The notes under the pieces: generated by a model
What the model was told of the DNA's origin: nothing
What the model saw: only the letters and a program-made list of their open reading frames with translations
The model's database searches: none
Program-made: the position numbers and the translations under genes
Shown here: one piece after another, positions 14,021-29,031 of the stretch
Layout: each line of letters starts with the position of its first letter
How positions within the stretch are numbered: the first letter of the stretch is position 1
Source of the DNA: the human T2T-CHM13v2.0 reference genome, Homo sapiens
Assembly (NCBI RefSeq): GCF_009914755.1
Contig: NC_060933.1
DNA: 64,000 nucleotides
Strand: one strand, 5' to 3'

Positions 14021-15089
14021 GATTATTTTTAAAATGTGCTCTGTAAATTCTATGTATAACAGTCTATCTTTGGAACTTCATGTATGTCTCAGGAGAAACT
14101 TCTAACTTAATGCCCTGTAATATATGTATAGTTGGTTCCTTACTGACAGGCATTTAAGATTTTCTAATATTTTGCTATCACCAACATTTCAGTACTTCTC
14201 TTTACATGTGCCATTTTTCATTTGTATGACAACATCTGTAGGAAAAATACCTAGAGGTAGAATTGCTTAATAAAATGATTTATATTTTAAAATGTTGACA
14301 ACATATGTCAATTTACATTCCTACTGACAAATTATGAAAATGCTTATTTTCTGACAAACAGAAAAATATAATACAGTGTGTAAGCAAACATCCTGATTTG
14401 CCAACCAGGTAAATAAAAAATTGTATCATATTGTTGGAATTGTATCTCATTTTCCTTTTCAATTGCATTTCTCACATTCCAAGGGAAAGTGAAATCATTT
14501 CAGAATTTGAGGGCCATTTTTTTTCTATAAAGTGCTTATATGTCTTTTGTCTATTTTTGGAGATTAGCTTTCTAAAAAATTAAAAAATATTTTTTTTTCT
14601 GTATTAAAGAAATCAACTGATTATAGCATGAGTGGTAATAATGTTTTCTAAATGTGTTTATCTTTGACTTGTTCTAGGCTATTGATAATTATTTAGAAAA
14701 TTTTGAGTTTGTTAGTTAATTTACATATTCTTAACGAACCTCTTTGTAAAAATCATACATAGAAAGGCTTTCCTCACTTTAAGATCTTTTATGACCTTCT
14801 GTTTTCACAATACATTTTTTTATCCAACTAGTATTTACTTCAGTATGAAGTATGCAACACAGATCCAAAGCTGTGTTGTCCAGGTATGTATTTGCACACT
14901 ACTTATGAAAGAAGCCAATCTTCACCACCCCCCTACCCCAATGTTTAATGCTTTCTTTATCATTTGTTGTGTTACCATATATATTTTGGTCTATTAATAT
15001 TTCATTGGTATATACATTTTTGAATTATATTCATATGTACACACCCATATGCATACATATGTTCATACACCAAAATTCTATACTCTCTA

Positions 15090-17570
15090 AAAATTCTTTT
15101 TATCTTATTGAAGTATAATTGATAAATAAGAATTGTATATATTGAAGGTATATCTTTTCTTCTTTATATTTAGTATAGTATACTTTAAAAAAGTTGACAT
15201 ATATTATTTGTACATATTTATGTGGTACATAGTGATGTTTCAATACATATAATGTATAGTGATCAGATCAAGATAATTACTACATCTATCATCTTGAACA
15301 TTTATGATTTATTTGTATTGGGAACATTCAATATCCTTCTTTTAGTTATTTGAAACTATACACTATATTATTGTTAACTATAATTATCCTACAGTGCTAT
15401 AGAAAACAAGAACTTATTCCTGTATCTGGATAGAATTTTGTATCCTTTAACAAATCTATCCCTATTCCCTCCTTTCCCTGACCTTCCCACCCTCTAATAT
15501 CCTTTGTTCTACTTTTTACTTCTTTAAGATAAACTTTTTTAAGCTTTCACATATGAATGAAAATATACAGTGTTTAATTTTCTGTTCCTGGTTTATTTTA
15601 CTCAACATAATGTCTCCCAGTTCCATTCATGTTGCTATAAATGACAGGATTTTGTTCTTTTTTATGACTGAATAGTATTTCATTGTGTATATATACCATA
15701 TTTTCTTTATCCATTCATCTGCTGTGGGACACCAAGGGTGATTCCATATCTTGGCTATTGTGAATAGTGCTGCAATAAACATGAGGGTGGAGATGTGTCT
15801 TCGATATATTGATTTCCTTTCCTTTGGATAAATGCCCAGCAGTGGATTGCTGGATCATATGATAGTTCTATTTGTAGTTTTTTTGAGGCATCTCCATGCT
15901 GTTTCCCATAATGGCTGTACTAATTTACATTCCAACCGACAGCGTACTAACATTCTCCTTTCTCTGCATTCTCACCAGCATTTGTTATTTTTTGTCTTTT
16001 TGATAATAACCCCTTAATTGGGGTGAGATGATATCTCATTGTGGTTTTGATTTGCATTTTTCTGATTATTAGTGATATTGAGTATTTTTTCATATATTTG
16101 TTGCATTTCTCCGACGATTAGTGATGTTGAGCACTTTTTCATATATTTGTTGGCCATTTTTTTATGTCTTCTTTTATGAAATGTCTATTAAGCTAATTTG
16201 CCCGTTTAAAGTCAGATTTTTTTTGTTTTTTGCTTTTGAGGTGTTTGAGTTCCTTATATCTTCTAGTTTTTAATCCCTTGTCAGACAGATAATTTGGAAA
16301 TATTTTCTCCCATTCTGTAAATTGTGTCTTCCCTCTGTTGATTGTTTCCTTTGCTGTGCAGAAGCTTTTCAGCTTAATGTAATCCCATTTGTCTATTTTT
16401 GCTGCTGTGGCCTGTCCTTTTGAAATCTTACACAAAAAATATGCCCAGAACAATGTCCTGAGGCATTTCCTCAAAGAATTTTTCTGGTAGTTTCATAATT
16501 TCAGGTCTTACATTTAAGTCTTTAATCCATTTTGATTTGGCTTTGTATACGGCAAAAGATAGTGGTCTAGGTGCATTCTTTTGCATGTAGATATCCCATT
16601 TTCCCACCACCATTTATTAAAGAGACTATTCTTCACCCAATATATGTCTTGGCACCTTTGTTCAAAATGGGTTGGCTGTATATGTGTAGATTCATTTCTG
16701 GGTTCCCTTTTCTGTTCCATTGGTCTCTGTGTCTGTTTTTATGCTATTACAATACTATTTTGACTACTATAGTTTTAGAGTATATTTTGAAGTTTGGTAG
16801 TGTGATATCTGCAGCTTTCTTCTTTTTGCTCAGGATTGCTTTGGTTCTTTGGAGTCTTCTGTGATTCCATACAAATCTTGGGATTTTTTTTTCTATTTCT
16901 GTAAAGAATGTTGTTGGTATTTTGATAGGGATTACGTTGAACCTGTATATCTCTTTGGATTTTATGGACATTTTAAAAATATTAATTCTTCCAATCCATG
17001 AGAATGAAATATCTTTCCAATTTTTGTGTGTTCTCTTCAATTTCTTTCATCAGTGTTTTATAGTTTTCCTCATAGAGATCTTTTACTTTATTGGCTAAAT
17101 TGATTCCTAGGTTTTTGCTAGGAATTGATTCCTAGGTCTATTGCTCTTGTAATAAAAGGGATTGATTTCTTGATTTATTTTTCCAATTTTTTACTATTAG
17201 CATATAGAAATGCTACTGATTTTTTGTTGATTTTGTATCCTGTAAATTTACCAAATTCACTGATCAATTCTAAGAGTTTTTTGGTAGAGTCTTCAAGTTT
17301 TTCTAAATATAAGATCATATCATCTGTGAGCAAGGCTAATTTGACTCATACCTTTCCAATTTGCATGCCCTTTATTTCCTTCTCTTGTCTGACTGCTCTG
17401 GCTGGGACTTCCAGGATTTTGTTGAATAAAAGTGGTGAACGTGGGCATCCTTGTCTTGTTCCAGATCTTAGACAAAAGACTTTCAATTATTTTTCCATTT
17501 AGTATTCTGTTAGTTGTGGTTTTGTTGTATATGGCCTTTATTGTTTTGAGGTCTGTTTCTTGTTTGCTTT
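15090..17570 (-). mobile_element. LINE-1 L1MA-like, 3'UTR through the RT region
   Basis: ORF2 fragments [19 protein letters not shown] and [17 protein letters not shown], plus an L1MA-type 3' end. Confidence 0.88.
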
Positions 17571-17595
17571 GTTTGTTTGTTTTTGTGTATGCATG

Positions 17596-19615
17596 TGTAT
17601 TAGTCCATTCTCACACTTCTAATAAAGACATACCACAGATGGGGTAATTTACAAAGAAAAAGAGGTTTAATGAACTCACATTTCCATATGGCTGGGGAGG
17701 CCTCACAATCATTGCAGAAGGCAAAGGAGGAGCAGGGCATGTCTTACATGGCAGCAGGCAAGAGAGCATGTGCAGGGAACTGCTCTTTATAAAACCATCA
17801 AGTCTGATGACATTTATTCACTACCATGAGAATAGCATAGGAAAAGCCCACCCCATGATTTAATTACCTCCCATTGGGTCCCCCTGATGACACTTGGGGA
17901 TTATGGGAGCTGCAGTTCAAGTTGAGATTTGGTTGGGGACACGGCCAATCCATATCATTCCACTCCTGGCTCCTCCCAAATCATTTTTGTCCTCACATTT
18001 CAAAACCAATCATGCCTTCCTGCAGTTCCCTAAAGTCTTAACTCATTTCAGCATTAAGTCAAAAGTCCACAGTCCAAAGTCTCATCTGAGACAAGGCAAG
18101 CCCCTTCCACCCATGAGCCTGTAAAATCAAAAGCAAGTTAGTTACTTCCTAGATACAATGGGGGTGCAGGCATCAGGTAAATACAGCCATTCCAAATGGG
18201 AGAGACTGGCCAAAAAAGGGGCTACAGGATCCATGCAAGTCTGAAATCCAGTAGGGCAGTTATTAAACCTTAAACTTCCAAAATGATCTCCTTTGACTCC
18301 ATGTCTCACGTCCAGGTCACGATGATGCAAGAAGTGGGCCCCTATGGCCTTGGGCAGCTCTGTCCCGTTGGCTTTGCATGGTATATCCCCCATCCCAGCT
18401 GCTTTCATGGGTTGATGTTGAGTGTTTGCAGCTTTTCCAGGTGCGCAGTGCGAGATGTTGATGGATCTAACATTCTGGGGTCTGGAGGATGATGGCCCTC
18501 TTCTCACAGCTCCACTAGGAAGTGCCCCAGTGGGGACTCTGTGGCAGCTCCAACCCCACATTTCACTTCTGCACTGTCCTAGCAGAGGTTCTCTATGAGG
18601 GCCCCACCCCTGCAGCAAACTTCTGCCTGGACATCTAGGCATTTCTATCCATCCTCTGAAATCTAGCCAGAAGTTCCCAAACCTCAATTCATGACTTCTG
18701 TGCACCTGCAGGCTCAATATCACATTGAAGCTGCCAAGGTTTGGGGCTTGCATCCTCTGAAGCCATGGCCTGAGCTGTACCTTGCCACCTTTTAGCCATG
18801 GCTGGAGCAGCTGGGATGCAGGGCACCAAGTCCCTAGGCTGCACATAGCAGGGGGGCCCTGGACCTGGTCCGGGAAACCATTTTTTCCCTTCTAGGCCTC
18901 TGGGCCTATGATGGGAGGGGCTGCCATGAAGGTCTCTGACATGTCCTGGAGAAATTTTCCCCATTGTCTTGGTGATTAACATTCAACTCCTTGTTACTTA
19001 TGAAAATTTCTGCAGCAGGCTTGAATTTCTTCCCAGAAAATGGGTTTTTATTTTCTATTGCATTGTCAGGCTGCAAATTTTCACAACTTTTATGCTCTAC
19101 TTCCTCTTGAATGCTTTGATGCTTAGGAATTTCTTCTGCCAAATACCCTAAATCATCATTCTCAAGTTCAAAGTTTCACAGATCTCTAGTGCAGGGGCAA
19201 AATGCCACCAGTCTCTTTGCATAGCAAGAGTGACCTTTACTCCAGTTCCCAACAAGTTTCTTATCTTTATCTGAGACCACCTCAGCCTGGATCTTATTGT
19301 CCATATCACTATATGCATATTAATCAAAGCCATTCAGCAGGACCCTAGGAAGTTCCAAACTTTCCTACATCTTCCTGTCTTCTGAGCCCTCCAAGTCTCT
19401 GGGAAGTTCCAAACTTTCCCACATTTTAATCTTCTGAGCCCTCCAAACTGTTCCAATCTCTGCCTGTTACCCAGTTCCAAAATCGCTTCCACATTTTTGG
19501 GTATCTTTACAGCAGCACTCCACTACCCAGTACCAATTTACTGTATTAGTTCGTTCTCACACCGCTGATAAAGATATACCCGAGGCTGGGTAATTTATAA
19601 AGAAAAAGAGGTTTT
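17596..19615 (-). mobile_element. THE1 (MaLR) element: full LTR 17596-17957, internal region 17958-19541, second LTR truncated to about 75 bp
   Basis: TGTATTAGTCCATTCTCACAC...CCATATCA LTR. THE1-int sequence (CCAAAGTCTCATCTGAGACAAGGCAAG...). CCAATTTACTGTATTAGT junction into the second LTR. Confidence 0.93.
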
Positions 19616-20204
19616 CTTTTTCCTTTTTTTTAAACCAATGAGTTTAATATCTTCGGATGTTTCCTTGTTACATTTTAGTGTCCATTTCTTTAAGTTTAAA
19701 GAATGCCCTTGTAATTTTTTGTAAGACAAGCCTGGTATTGGGGAATTTCCTCAGCTTTTGTTTGTCTTGGAGACTCTTTATTTCTTCTTCATGTTTAAAG
19801 GTTAGCTTTGCTAGGTGTAGTATTCTTGGTGAGTAGTTCTTTCTTTTTTCCCCTTGGCTTTGAATATAGCATCCCACTGTCTCCTGGCCTGCAGGGTTTC
19901 TGCTGAGAAACCTGCTGAAAGCCATATTTGGGTGTCATTGAATGTGATATATTTCTTTTTCTACTGCTTGAGTAATCCCTCTTTGTGTTTGATTTTTGCT
20001 AATTTGATTATGATTGTTTTTCTTGAAGATTTCTTCTTTGGATTGAATTTGATTGATGATATCCAAGCTTCCTATACCTGAATGGGGGTGTTGTTTTCCA
20101 GATTTGGGAAATTTTCAGCCATTATTTTCTTAAATATTTTTCTCTCTCCTGTCCTTTGAAATTTACTATTATGCAGATGTTAGTTTGCTTAATGTAGTCT
20201 CACA

Positions 20205-20700
20205 TTTGATGTGTCATCTTGACTGTCCCAAGGGATGTCCAGGTAGCTTGAAAACATTATTTCTGTGTGTATGTGTGGGTGTTTTCAGAAGAAATTAGCA
20301 TTTAAATTGAAGTGAGTAAGATCGACTTCGCAAACATGGGTGGGCATCATCCATTTTATTGAAAGCCCATATAGGTCAAAAGGTGGAGGAAGGGCAAATT
20401 TCTTATCTCTTCTATAGCTAAGACATCCATCTTCTCTTGCCCTAAACCATCAGCATTTCTGATTTTGAAGCCTTTGTCCTTGTACTGGGTCTTACACTAT
20501 TGGCTTCTCTGTGTCTCAGGTCTCTGTGATTTAACTGGATTACACCACCAGCTTTCCTTAGCCTCCAGTCTACAGACAGCAGATTATGGAATTTTTTAGC
20601 TTCCATAATTGCATGAACCAATCCCTCATAAAAAATCTCTTTCCCTTTCTCTCTATATATCCTATAGGTTCTGTTTCTCTAGAGAATTTTGATTAATGCA
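20205..20700 (+). mobile_element. MLT2-type (ERVL) LTR
   Basis: AAACATTATTTCTG...GGTGGGCATCATCC...GGTTCTGTTTCTCTAGAGAA..GATTAATGCA. Confidence 0.8.
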
Positions 20701-20834
20701 GGAGTTTATTCCATTTACATTTAACTAATTATTATTTATAAGGACAGATTTACTAATTTGTTGACTGTTTTGTTTTTCTTCTAATTCTTTTATCCCTCTT
20801 TTTCTCTCTTGCTGTCATAGTGTATGTTCTGCCT

Positions 20835-21157
<323 letters not shown>

Positions 21158-21248
21158 TGATAGGCTTTGATTCGTGTCTCTCTTTTCTTTTCTGTAACTT
21201 TTATAGATATTTTCTTTGGTATGCTTACACAAAATATATTATAGTTTT

Positions 21249-21605
21249 GGCTGGCTGTGGTGCTTTACACCTGTAATCTCAGCATTTTGGGAAGCCAAAG
21301 TGGGAGGAGTGCATGAGGCTAAGAGTTTGATACATCCATCTCTACAGAAAAGAAAAGTAAGCCAGTGTAACGTAGTGAGACCTTGTCTACACAAATATAT
21401 ATATATATATTAGATATATATATATATATATATTTTAAAAATAGCTGATCATGATCATGTGTGGCTGTTTTATTAGCTGCTTGGGAGGCTGAAGAATAAT
21501 TGCTTGACTCCAGGAATTTGAGGCTGCAGTGACCTATGATGATGCCATTGATGCTACCATATTACAGCCTGGGTGACAGAGCAAGAACCCATCTCTATTA
21601 AAATA
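21249..21605 (+). mobile_element. Diverged AluJ-like with a (TA)n-expanded linker
   Basis: CACCTGTAATCTCAGCATTTTGGG...CCAGGAATTTGAGGCTGCAGTG...CAGCCTGGGTGACAGAGCAAGA. Confidence 0.85.
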
Positions 21606-21613
21606 TTTACATA

Positions 21614-21940
<327 letters not shown>

Positions 21941-23218
21941 TAATGGTTTTACTGTGTATTTTAAGACATTAACAACTCAGCATCATTTGCATATAAAAAC
22001 TGTACATTTTTGCCTCTTCACCTTGATGGCTCATTGTGTACTATTAATGTCACAATTTACGTCTATTTATATTGTGTATCCATTCATATAATTTAGTTAT
22101 AGTTATTTTTAATATTTTTTTAATTTTTATGCTATTATTAAAAGTGTTTTTCCATCACCATTACGATGATATAATATTCTGATTTTGCCTATAGATTTAT
22201 CTTTACCAATGAGTTTTATACTATCCTATGATCTCATGCTGCCACTTAGTGTCCTTTCACTTTAATTTGAAGAACATCTTTTAGCATTTCTTGTAAGGCA
22301 GGTCTTGTGATGAACTCCCCCAGCTTTTGTTTGCCTGGAAAAATCTTTATGTCTCCTTCGTTTCTAAAGAGAGTTTTGCTAAGTATGGCATTTTTAGTTG
22401 GCAGATTTTTTTTTTCTTTCAGCACTTAAGTATATCATCTTATTCCCTTCTGTTCTGCAAGGTTTCTGCTGAAAATTCTGCTAGTAGTTTTACAAAGATT
22501 CTCCTATACATGTCATTTTTTTCTTGATGCTTTCAAAATTTTCTTTGTCTTTAATTTTTGACAATTTGATTATGATTTGTCTCTGCTTGGGTCATTTTAG
22601 GTTCATCTGACTTGATGTTCTTTATGTTTCCTGGATTTGGATGTCTATTTCTTTCTCTGGGTTTGGGATGTTTTCAGCCAATATTTCTTTGAATAATTGT
22701 TTTCCCCTTTCTCTTTGTCTTCTCCTTCAGGAACTCCCATACTATGTACAGTAGCCTGCTTTCTTGTATCCTTTAAGGTCCTTAAGCTATCTTCACTCCT
22801 TTTTATTCTTTTCTCTTTTTGCTTCTGTCAGTCAGTGATTTCCAATAACCTGTGTTTTAGTTTGCTGATCCTTCCTTCTGCATCATCTAATGTTCTTTTG
22901 AAACCTCTGTATTGAATTTTTCAGTTTGGTTATTGTATCCTTCAGCTGTATGATTTTTGTTTGGTACTTTAAATTATTTTCTGTCTCTTTGTTGAAATTC
23001 TCACTGTGTTAAACCCTTGCTCTCCTAGCCTTGGCAAGCCTCTTTATGAGAATTTAAAAAAATTCTCCATCAGATTAATCATACACCTCTATTTCATTAG
23101 AGTTGGTTTCTGTAGATTTATTTTAACTTTTATTTGAAGGATGTTTCCTTGTTTTTTTCATTTTCTTTGACTCTCATGTTGGCTTCTGGGTATTAGATAA
23201 ATCAGCCACCTTTCTCAG

Positions 23219-23635
23219 TGTATTAGTCCATTCTTTCACTGCCGTAAAGAAGTTCGTGAGACTGGGTAATTTATAAAGAAAAGAGGTTTAATTGGCTCAT
23301 GGTTCTACCGACTGTAGAGAAAAATTAGCAGTTTCTGTTTCTGGAGAGATCTCAAGAAGTTTCCAATCATGAGGGAAAGCAAAGGGAGAGCAAGGTGTCT
23401 CATATGTCAGGAGCAGGAGCAAGAGTAATTGAAGGGGGAGGTGCTTCATACTTTTAAACAGCCTGCTTTCATGAGAACTCACTATCATGAGAACAGCATC
23501 AAGGGTATGGTGCTTTACCATTCAGGAGAAATCCACCCCAACGATGCAACCACCTCCCACCAGTTCCCACCTCCAATATTGGGGACTACAATTTGACAGG
23601 AGATCTTTTGGGGGACAGATATCCAAACCACATCA
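23219..23635 (-). mobile_element. MSTB-like MaLR solo LTR
   Basis: TGTATTAGTCCATT...GAGACTGGGTAATTTATAAAGAAAAGAGGTTTAATTGGCTCATGG...ATCCAAACCACATCA. Confidence 0.88.
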
Positions 23636-24576
23636 CTGCATCTTCACATACTGGCCTAATAGGGGAGATGACCCTCTTCAGCCTGACCAGAGATGCTCAG
23701 TACTTACTGAAGCTTTTTGCTCTCCCAAACCCACGATATTTGTTCTTATCAACCCCCAGGAAACTAGAGCATGCTATGTCCTGTCAGTGGCCTAAAACAG
23801 ATGAGTTGCAAGCCACACTGTCAGGCAGCAGTTGGAAAAGTTAAGGTGGGGAGAGGCCAGATGGGTAGTATTTCAAATCTTTCTAAGTAGAAGCTGAAGA
23901 CTTCTGTTTTATTGTTGGAGCAATCCAGGGGGATGAGCCACAGAGTGCTTACATACTCATTCACACTCTTAAGAGGATTAGCGATTGCCTTCCCTATAGC
24001 TACTAAAGATAAAGACAGGCTAGTTAGAAACCAACTTTGGGCAGCAGCCAGAAAAGTTAATACATTAGATGTGTAGTCTAATTTCCTTGAGGAAGAAGCT
24101 GGGAGCTGGAATTTATTGTCTATTTGCTCTGCATTGAGCCAGGAGGAAGTGCTACAAGAAGTGTTCGTGCATCCATTCTAAACTACCTCTTTTTTCTTTG
24201 TTGGTTGAGGGGACTAATGAATGCTAGGCTGCTAGGTCACAGAGACAGGTGAGTTAGGAACCAGTTGCTCAGGCCTCAGCTGGAAAAGTTGGGGCACGAG
24301 ATGTGACTTGCAAACTCATTCCTCTTCAGTTGGAATTTAGTAGTTCCCTCCTAATTGTATGGCACTGTGCTATGGATGGGGTTTATGGCAAGAGTGTGAC
24401 TCAGCTTTTCCCATCTGTTTTGATATCACTGTCCTCTCAGTCACCCCATGTGCAGGAGTCTCTCAATTAGTTTCTGTATATTTCACAGAGGAAATTGATC
24501 TATGTGTACTGTTTATTCAATATGTCTGTAGGTTGAGGGAAAGTATGAAGCCACGTATTCTGCCACCTTGATGATG

Positions 24577-24596
24577 TCTCTCTCTCTCTCTCTCTC
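24577..24596. repeat. (TC)n microsatellite
   Basis: TCTCTC run seen directly. Confidence 0.9.
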
Positions 24597-25244
24597 ATTC
24601 TAATTTAACTATTGTAGTTTTTCAATGTCGTAATACCTGGAATTGGAAACATTCTCTACTCCTACTTCAGTACCTTTATTTTTCAGAATTTCCTGGCTAC
24701 TCTTTTTTGATTATTTTTATATGAAATTTAGAAGCAGCTTCTGAAATTCAAAAAATATTGTCTAACTATTTTTATTGGGATAAAGTTAAAATTTAAAAAT
24801 TAAAGAATATTAAACTATTTACAAACTTTAATTTTTCTTTCCAGGGACATGATATGTCTTTCTACATAATTGCCTCCTGTTTTGTATCCATCAGTGGCAT
24901 TTTAAGGTTTTACTCATATCAAGCTAATATATTTTGTATTATATTTATTCCTGATATTTGTTATTATTTTAAATTGTTATTTTAAATTGGATATTTTTTC
25001 ATTACATCTGCTAAACTGTTGTTTGAATATATAAAGCCTATTTATTTGTATATTAGTATTATACTGGTTGTCTTGCTGGTGTCTGAAATAGCTTTTTAGC
25101 TGATTCTCTTGCATTTTCTAGATAAACAATTTTAGTATCTACTAATAATGATAATCTATTTTTTCCATTCCAATTTTTATAGTGCTTACTCTTTCTGATA
25201 ATGTGTTTGCATTGGCTAATGTCTTCACAATAATGATTCCCCTC

Positions 25245-25575
25245 CATATGTTGCCATGATTTGCTCTCTTACTTGCTTTAAGTCTCTACCCAAATGTTAT
25301 CTTAACAGAGACGATACTCCCGATCACTGTATATAAAATAACGATGTTACACCCTTTACTCCAATTTATCTCATTCCATCTCTATTACCCTGCTTTATTT
25401 TTCGTCCATAGCTGTTTTTCCCATCTAGTATTTGTTTATGTATTTATTGGTTTTTTCTTAATACTGTAGTCTCTATGAATGTGGGGTAATTGTTTTTATA
25501 CAAAGATTTGTCTTCTCTGACTAACATGATGGTTAGCACCAGTTGGTTCTAAATAAATATTTGGTGAATGAATGC
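25245..25575 (+). mobile_element. L2 LINE 3' end
   Basis: Ends AATAAATATTTGGTGAATGAATG, the typical L2 terminus. Confidence 0.7.
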
Positions 25576-26781
25576 CTGAGTGTTAAACAATAATGGTGGT
25601 AAAGAATATCTTTTACTTATTCCTGGATTAATGGGAATGTGTCTGTTGTTTCTCTATTGAGTCCAACGCTAGTAGTTCATATTTAATGTTTATATAAAAC
25701 ATATTTTCTTTAATCTCAGTAAAAAATTCTCAAAATTGACCTTCATTTTAAATTCACTGGTTTATTTTTTAAATTAAACTTTTTTTTTTCCTGGCATTTA
25801 GTCCCACTTACCCACGTTCACAGACTGATATTAGTATGTGAGCCTTAAAAATTTGATAATTGAAGTTTGCGGTTTGGCTTTGAGTCTTACTAGTATATCA
25901 TTGCTTTGTGAGCTTAACCTTTTTTATCAATACTTTTTTGTTTTGCTCCATTTTGAATGTAACACATGTAAAGAGAAGTGCACAAGGTATAAATGTATAG
26001 CTCAATGACTGAACACAAAACAAAACTCATAAAACCACTGTCCAGGTCAAAAAAATAGAGCACTGCCAAAATGCTACCAGTATGGATTATATCCCTTCCC
26101 AATCATTACTGCCTCTGCACACTGTCTTGATTTCCAATGCTGTAATTTAGTTATATTTGTTTTAGAACTTTATAGAAATAAAACCATACAATATGTATTT
26201 TTGCACTGTGTTCTTTTACTCAAGATGATGCAATTCTTTATAAAATTTATTCATGTTTTTACTTATTGCTCTAGTTTCTTCATTTTTATGGTTGTATTAC
26301 GATATTGCATCGTGGGAATAGGCTACTTCCAGAATTACCAAACCCCTCTCCCTACACCTTCAACAGGGATAATTCTTACTTGCTGTTAGTTCCTTTTTCC
26401 TTTCCCCTTAGAGAGTTTTCTGGCTTTTTCCCCCTGTTCACTCTAATTATTGCTTCTTACTTTTCTTTTATTATTAACTTTTCAAGGCCCGTTTAAAATA
26501 TCCTTAGCCTTTCTGCTCTTAATCACCCTGTCCTTGTTCCATTTTCTTCTCCACAAATCCCGCCACCTCACTCAGAAAAATTGAACACATAATATTATGA
26601 AGAAGGAGAAATCACAGCAATCACAGTCTAAAGTAGTATATAAATAAACTGTTAATTTTCATTTTTTTAATTTACTGAGAATTTTTTCACAGGAATATCT
26701 TAGATTTAAAATGGTGTTTGTTTTTCTATGACTTTATTTTTGAGTGACACGGGTTAGCTCTTTTTAGCTTCATTCTTCTAA

Positions 26782-27098
<317 letters not shown>

Positions 27099-28214
27099 CC
27101 CACCATAGTTTTTAATAAAAATATTTCTGATGATTTAGGAGAATTAAAAGCAATTTAGAAAGTAAAACTATCTTACTTAGATATGTATAATTAGATATTT
27201 AAAGCTTTGAGTCACATAAGTTATTCCTCTAGGGGCATATCTTATTTTTTCATTGATGCTTAAACTGAAAATAAATAACTCAAAATACATTTGTTACTAT
27301 GAGAGTGGCACTAACTTCAAATATTATCTCAAATTTTCTGATCAATTTTAATATTGCTCTCTTTTAGCAGCAGGAATAACTTGAAGTGTTAATCTAAATT
27401 TAGATATTAACAATACTTATCTACAACAAACATTTTAATTAACCTACTTATTCTACTAATAGCATCACTCAATTTTGCTTTAAAAATGAGAGTTCTCTCT
27501 GACAAAAATTTGCTGGAGTAATTTTCTGTAGCAAATGGATAGAAAACTGCTAGCCCTATTTGGTTGGTGCCAGGTTTTGAAGTAATTTAATTGGGGTTGT
27601 TCTTAAGTTTAACCTGTCAATAATATGCAGGGAAGATTCTCTAGTATCTCAAATAAACAAAGATAAGAAAATCAGTCCTCTCTTAAATAGCAAATGGACT
27701 CTCAGAGCAATAGCATTTACATTAATCTACAACTTAGTTATAAAGTGTGTTTCAAAAACAAATAGAAACAAAGTTATTCACCATCTGCACACCTGAAGAA
27801 TATTCAAAAGTAAATGACAAAGCAATATTTTTTATAATACTATATTTTGAAATGAGAAAACAAACTGCTTTTCGGGAAGGAGAGTTGATCTTTGATTTTT
27901 TTTTAAATTCTATAATATTTTATTTCTTCATTTTGCTTTGTTTTGTTGGTATTTTTTCTTATATATAATAGTTGTGCGTATTTTTTGGGTACATGTGATA
28001 TTTCGACACATGTATACAATGTAAAATGACTAGATTAGGGTAATTGGGGTATCCATCACCTCAAACGTTTATTCTTTGTGTTGAACATATTACAATTCTT
28101 CTCTTCTAGCTATTTTGAAATATACAATAAATTATTGTTAAATATAAATTCCCTACTGTTCTATTGAATACTAGAACCTAATCTATCTGTGTAAATGTAC
28201 TCTTATACCTATGA

Positions 28215-28538
<324 letters not shown>

Positions 28539-28934
28539 TAAATTAGTCTTTTAGATGTCACTACTATTGGTTGATTTATTTTGATGTTACAACACAGATA
28601 AAATAACTTGAAAATTTCTTTCTTATTGAGTCATAACATAAATCTATAAACTAAATTAATTCTTTAAAAAGATATATATAATTTAAATTATTAACTTAAA
28701 AATTATAAACAGTTATTTTTCCTTTTGCTCATCATAAAACAAAATAATTTTTCAGTGTGCACTAAAGTGTTTTAATTGTGTGTATAAATCTATGCTTTTA
28801 TACAAATACATATATGTAAATATAAGTATTTCGTAGGAAAACTAGCTGTGAAATGTTTCACGTGCAAAAATTAAACACTATACATATTCTAGTTAAATCT
28901 CTTTGGAGTGGATAAATCACAAGACGCCTTTCTT

Positions 28935-29031
28935 TTTTTCTTTCTTTCTTTTTTTTTTTTTGAGGTGGAATCTTGCTCTATCGCCCAGTCTGGAGTGCAG
29001 TGGCGCAATCTTGGCTCACTGCAAGCTCTGC
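28935..29031 (-). mobile_element. Severely 5'-truncated Alu (AluY-like 3' tip) with TSD
   Basis: PolyT plus about 70 bp of the right arm (CACTGCAAGCTC); flanked by CACAAGACGCCTTTCTT and CACAAGAGGCCTTTCTT. Confidence 0.88.

Noticed and set aside
18142-18846. 234-aa minus-strand ORF
   Set aside because: It lies in the GC-richer THE1 internal sequence and has no recognisable domain; such ORFs are common in THE1-int.
27747-27968. 73-aa ORF in non-repeat sequence as a possible exon
   Set aside because: It has no recognisable homology, a non-ATG start and no convincing splice pair, and it runs into a T-rich L1 tail.
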